Sequence record: MK370060.1
From: a phage
Direction: 5' to 3' (one strand)
Length of the DNA stretch: 1,278 nucleotides
In this document: positions 1 through 1,278 of the stretch, piece after piece
Position numbering within the stretch: position 1 is the first letter of the stretch
Layout of the letters: each line of letters starts with the position of its first letter
The notes under the pieces: generated by a model
Told to the model about the DNA's origin: nothing
The model's input: only the letters and a program-made list of their open reading frames with translations
Databases searched by the model: none
Translations under genes and position numbers: made by a program

Positions 1-1278
1 ATGTCTAATGTTCAGACTTCTGCTGAGCGTATTCCTCATGATCTTTCTCATCTTGTTTTTGAGGCTGGTAAAATTGGTCGTCTTAAAACTATTTCTTGGA
101 CTCCTGTTGTTGCTGGTGATTCTTATGAGACTGAGATGGTTGGTGCTATTCGTCTTTCTCCTCTTCGTCGTGGTCTTGCTGTTGATTCTCGTGTTGATGT
201 TTTTACTTTTTATATTCCTCATCGTCATGTTTATGGTCAGCAGTGGATTGATTTTATGAAAACTGGTGTTAATGCTACTCCTCTTGCTCCTGTTACTTGC
301 TCTTCTGGTTGGGATTCTGCTGCTTATCTTGGTACTATTCCTTCTACTAATCTTAAAGTTCCTAAATTTCTTCATCAGTCTTATCTTAATATTTATAATA
401 ATTATTTTAAACCTCCTTGGTCTAATGATCTTACTTATGCTAATCCTTCTAATATGCCTGCTGAGGATTATAAATGGGGTGTTCGTGTTGCTAATCTTAA
501 ATCTATTTGGACTGCTCCTCTTCCTCCTGATTCTCTTACTAAACAGGATATGACTACTGGTGCTACTACTATTGATATTATGGGTCTTCAGGCTGCTTAT
601 GCTAAACTTCATACTGAGCAGGAGCGTGATTATTTTATGACTCGTTATCGTGATATTATGAAAGATTTTGGTGGTCATACTTCTTATGATGGTGATAATC
701 GTCCTCTTCTTCTTATGCGTTCTGAGTTTTGGGCTTCTGGTTATGATGTTGATGGTACTGATCAGACTTCTCTTGGTCAGTTTTCTGGTCGTGTTCAGCA
801 GACTTTTAATCATAAAGTTCCTCGTTTTTATGTTCCTGAGCATGGTGTTATTATGACTCTTTCTGTTACTCGTTTTCCTCCTACTCATGAGATGGAGATG
901 CATTATCTTGTTGGTAAAGAGTCTCTTACTTATACTGATATTGCTTGCGATCCTGCTCTTATGGCTAATCTTCCTCCTCGTGAGATTGAGGTTAAAGATC
1001 TTTTTCATTCTGCTGGTACTGGTAAATTTAAAATTGCTGAGGGTCAGTGGTATCGTACTCAGCCTGATCGTGTTGCTTTTCCTTATAATGCTCTTGATGG
1101 TTTTCCTTTTTATTCTGAGCTTCCTTCTAATGATATTCTTGAGCGTGTTCTTGTTCGTACTGATAATTATGATGAGATTTTTCAGTCTATGCAGCTTGCT
1201 CATTGGAATATGCAGACTAAATTTAATACTACTGTTTATCGTCATATGCCTACTACTCGTGATGGTATTATGACTTCT
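1..1278 (+). CDS. F: Major capsid protein F of a Microviridae (phiX174/G4-like) phage; recoded or back-translated sequence. Open at the 3' end: no stop codon in the window.
   Basis: Frame 1 runs 426 codons from ATG at position 1 to the last base with no stop. The translation begins MSNVQTSAERIPHDLSHLVFEAGKIGRLKTISWTPVVAGDSYE and ends TTRDGIMTS. It contains blocks I recall as conserved in phiX174-family F proteins: RLSPLRRGLA, LNIYNNYF, TIDIMGLQAAYA, DNRPLLLMRS, GYDVDGTDQTSLGQFSGRVQQT, PRFYVPEHG, KFKIAEGQWYR. The length is about one residue short of the roughly 427 aa I recall for phiX174 F, and the window ends exactly at the canonical ...IMTS C-terminus. The call rests on recalled protein similarity, not on a database search. 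Confidence 0.93.
   Translation, partial: MSNVQTSAERIPHDLSHLVFEAGKIGRLKTISWTPVVAGDSYETEMVGAIRLSPLRRGLAVDSRVDVFTFYIPHRHVYGQQWIDFMKTGVNATPLAPVTCSSGWDSAAYLGTIPSTNLKVPKFLHQSYLNIYNNYFKPPWSNDLTYANPSNMPAEDYKWGVRVANLKSIWTAPLPPDSLTKQDMTTGATTIDIMGLQAAYAKLHTEQERDYFMTRYRDIMKDFGGHTSYDGDNRPLLLMRSEFWASGYDVDGTDQTSLGQFSGRVQQTFNHKVPRFYVPEHGVIMTLSVTRFPPTHEMEMHYLVGKESLTYTDIACDPALMANLPPREIEVKDLFHSAGTGKFKIAEGQWYRTQPDRVAFPYNALDGFPFYSELPSNDILERVLVRTDNYDEIFQSMQLAHWNMQTKFNTTVYRHMPTTRDGIMTS

Noticed and set aside
8-259. Frame +2 ORF (83 aa) from the supplied track, extremely rich in Leu, Phe, Val and Ile; could be mistaken for a small membrane protein
   Set aside because: It is a frameshift artefact. Frame 1 is built almost entirely from NNT codons, so reading one base off gives codons with T in the middle (Leu, Phe, Ile, Val, Met) and few stops. 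It completely overlaps the capsid CDS and has no independent support.
266-553. Frame +2 ORF (95 aa), poly-Leu-like hydrophobic translation
   Set aside because: Same frameshift artefact of the uniform T-ending codon set; the low-complexity translation is not a plausible protein.
668-856. Frame +2 ORF (62 aa), hydrophobic
   Set aside because: Same artefact; lies wholly inside the frame 1 capsid CDS.
887-1273. Frame +2 ORF (128 aa), hydrophobic; could be misread as an overlapping gene in the Microviridae style (as with genes B, K and E in phiX174)
   Set aside because: As far as I recall, known overlapping genes in phiX174-like phages do not lie within gene F. The translation is low-complexity Leu/Ile/Phe, and recoding would have destroyed any genuine overlapping frame.
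1-1278. Short tandem trinucleotide runs such as cttcttctt and cctcct
   Set aside because: They arise wherever identical amino acids are adjacent (for example PLLLMR, PP) under one-codon-per-residue encoding; they are not genuine repeats or CRISPR-like structures.
1-1278. Promoters, ribosome-binding site, terminators, tRNA/rRNA genes, mobile-element ends, minus-strand genes
   Set aside because: The window starts at the ATG, so there is no upstream region to assess. Internal nucleotide signals are meaningless in a recoded sequence, and the supplied track reports no minus-strand ORFs.
1-1278. The T-rich third-position bias as natural phage codon preference
   Set aside because: Natural phiX174-like genomes do prefer T-ending codons, but zero synonymous variation over 426 codons is not compatible with a natural sequence.

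Overview
The whole window is one uninterrupted + strand reading frame (frame 1, 426 sense codons, ATG at 1, no stop inside the window). It encodes a protein I recognise as a Microviridae (phiX174/G4-like, Bullavirinae) major capsid protein F. The DNA is not natural-looking: every amino acid is written with exactly one codon throughout (for example every Leu is CTT and every Ser is TCT), which is the signature of computational back-translation or synthetic recoding. Nucleotide-level signals are therefore uninformative here, and the four frame +2 ORFs in the supplied track are artefacts of the T-rich codon set. I see no evidence of a novel biological system, only a recoded phage capsid gene.
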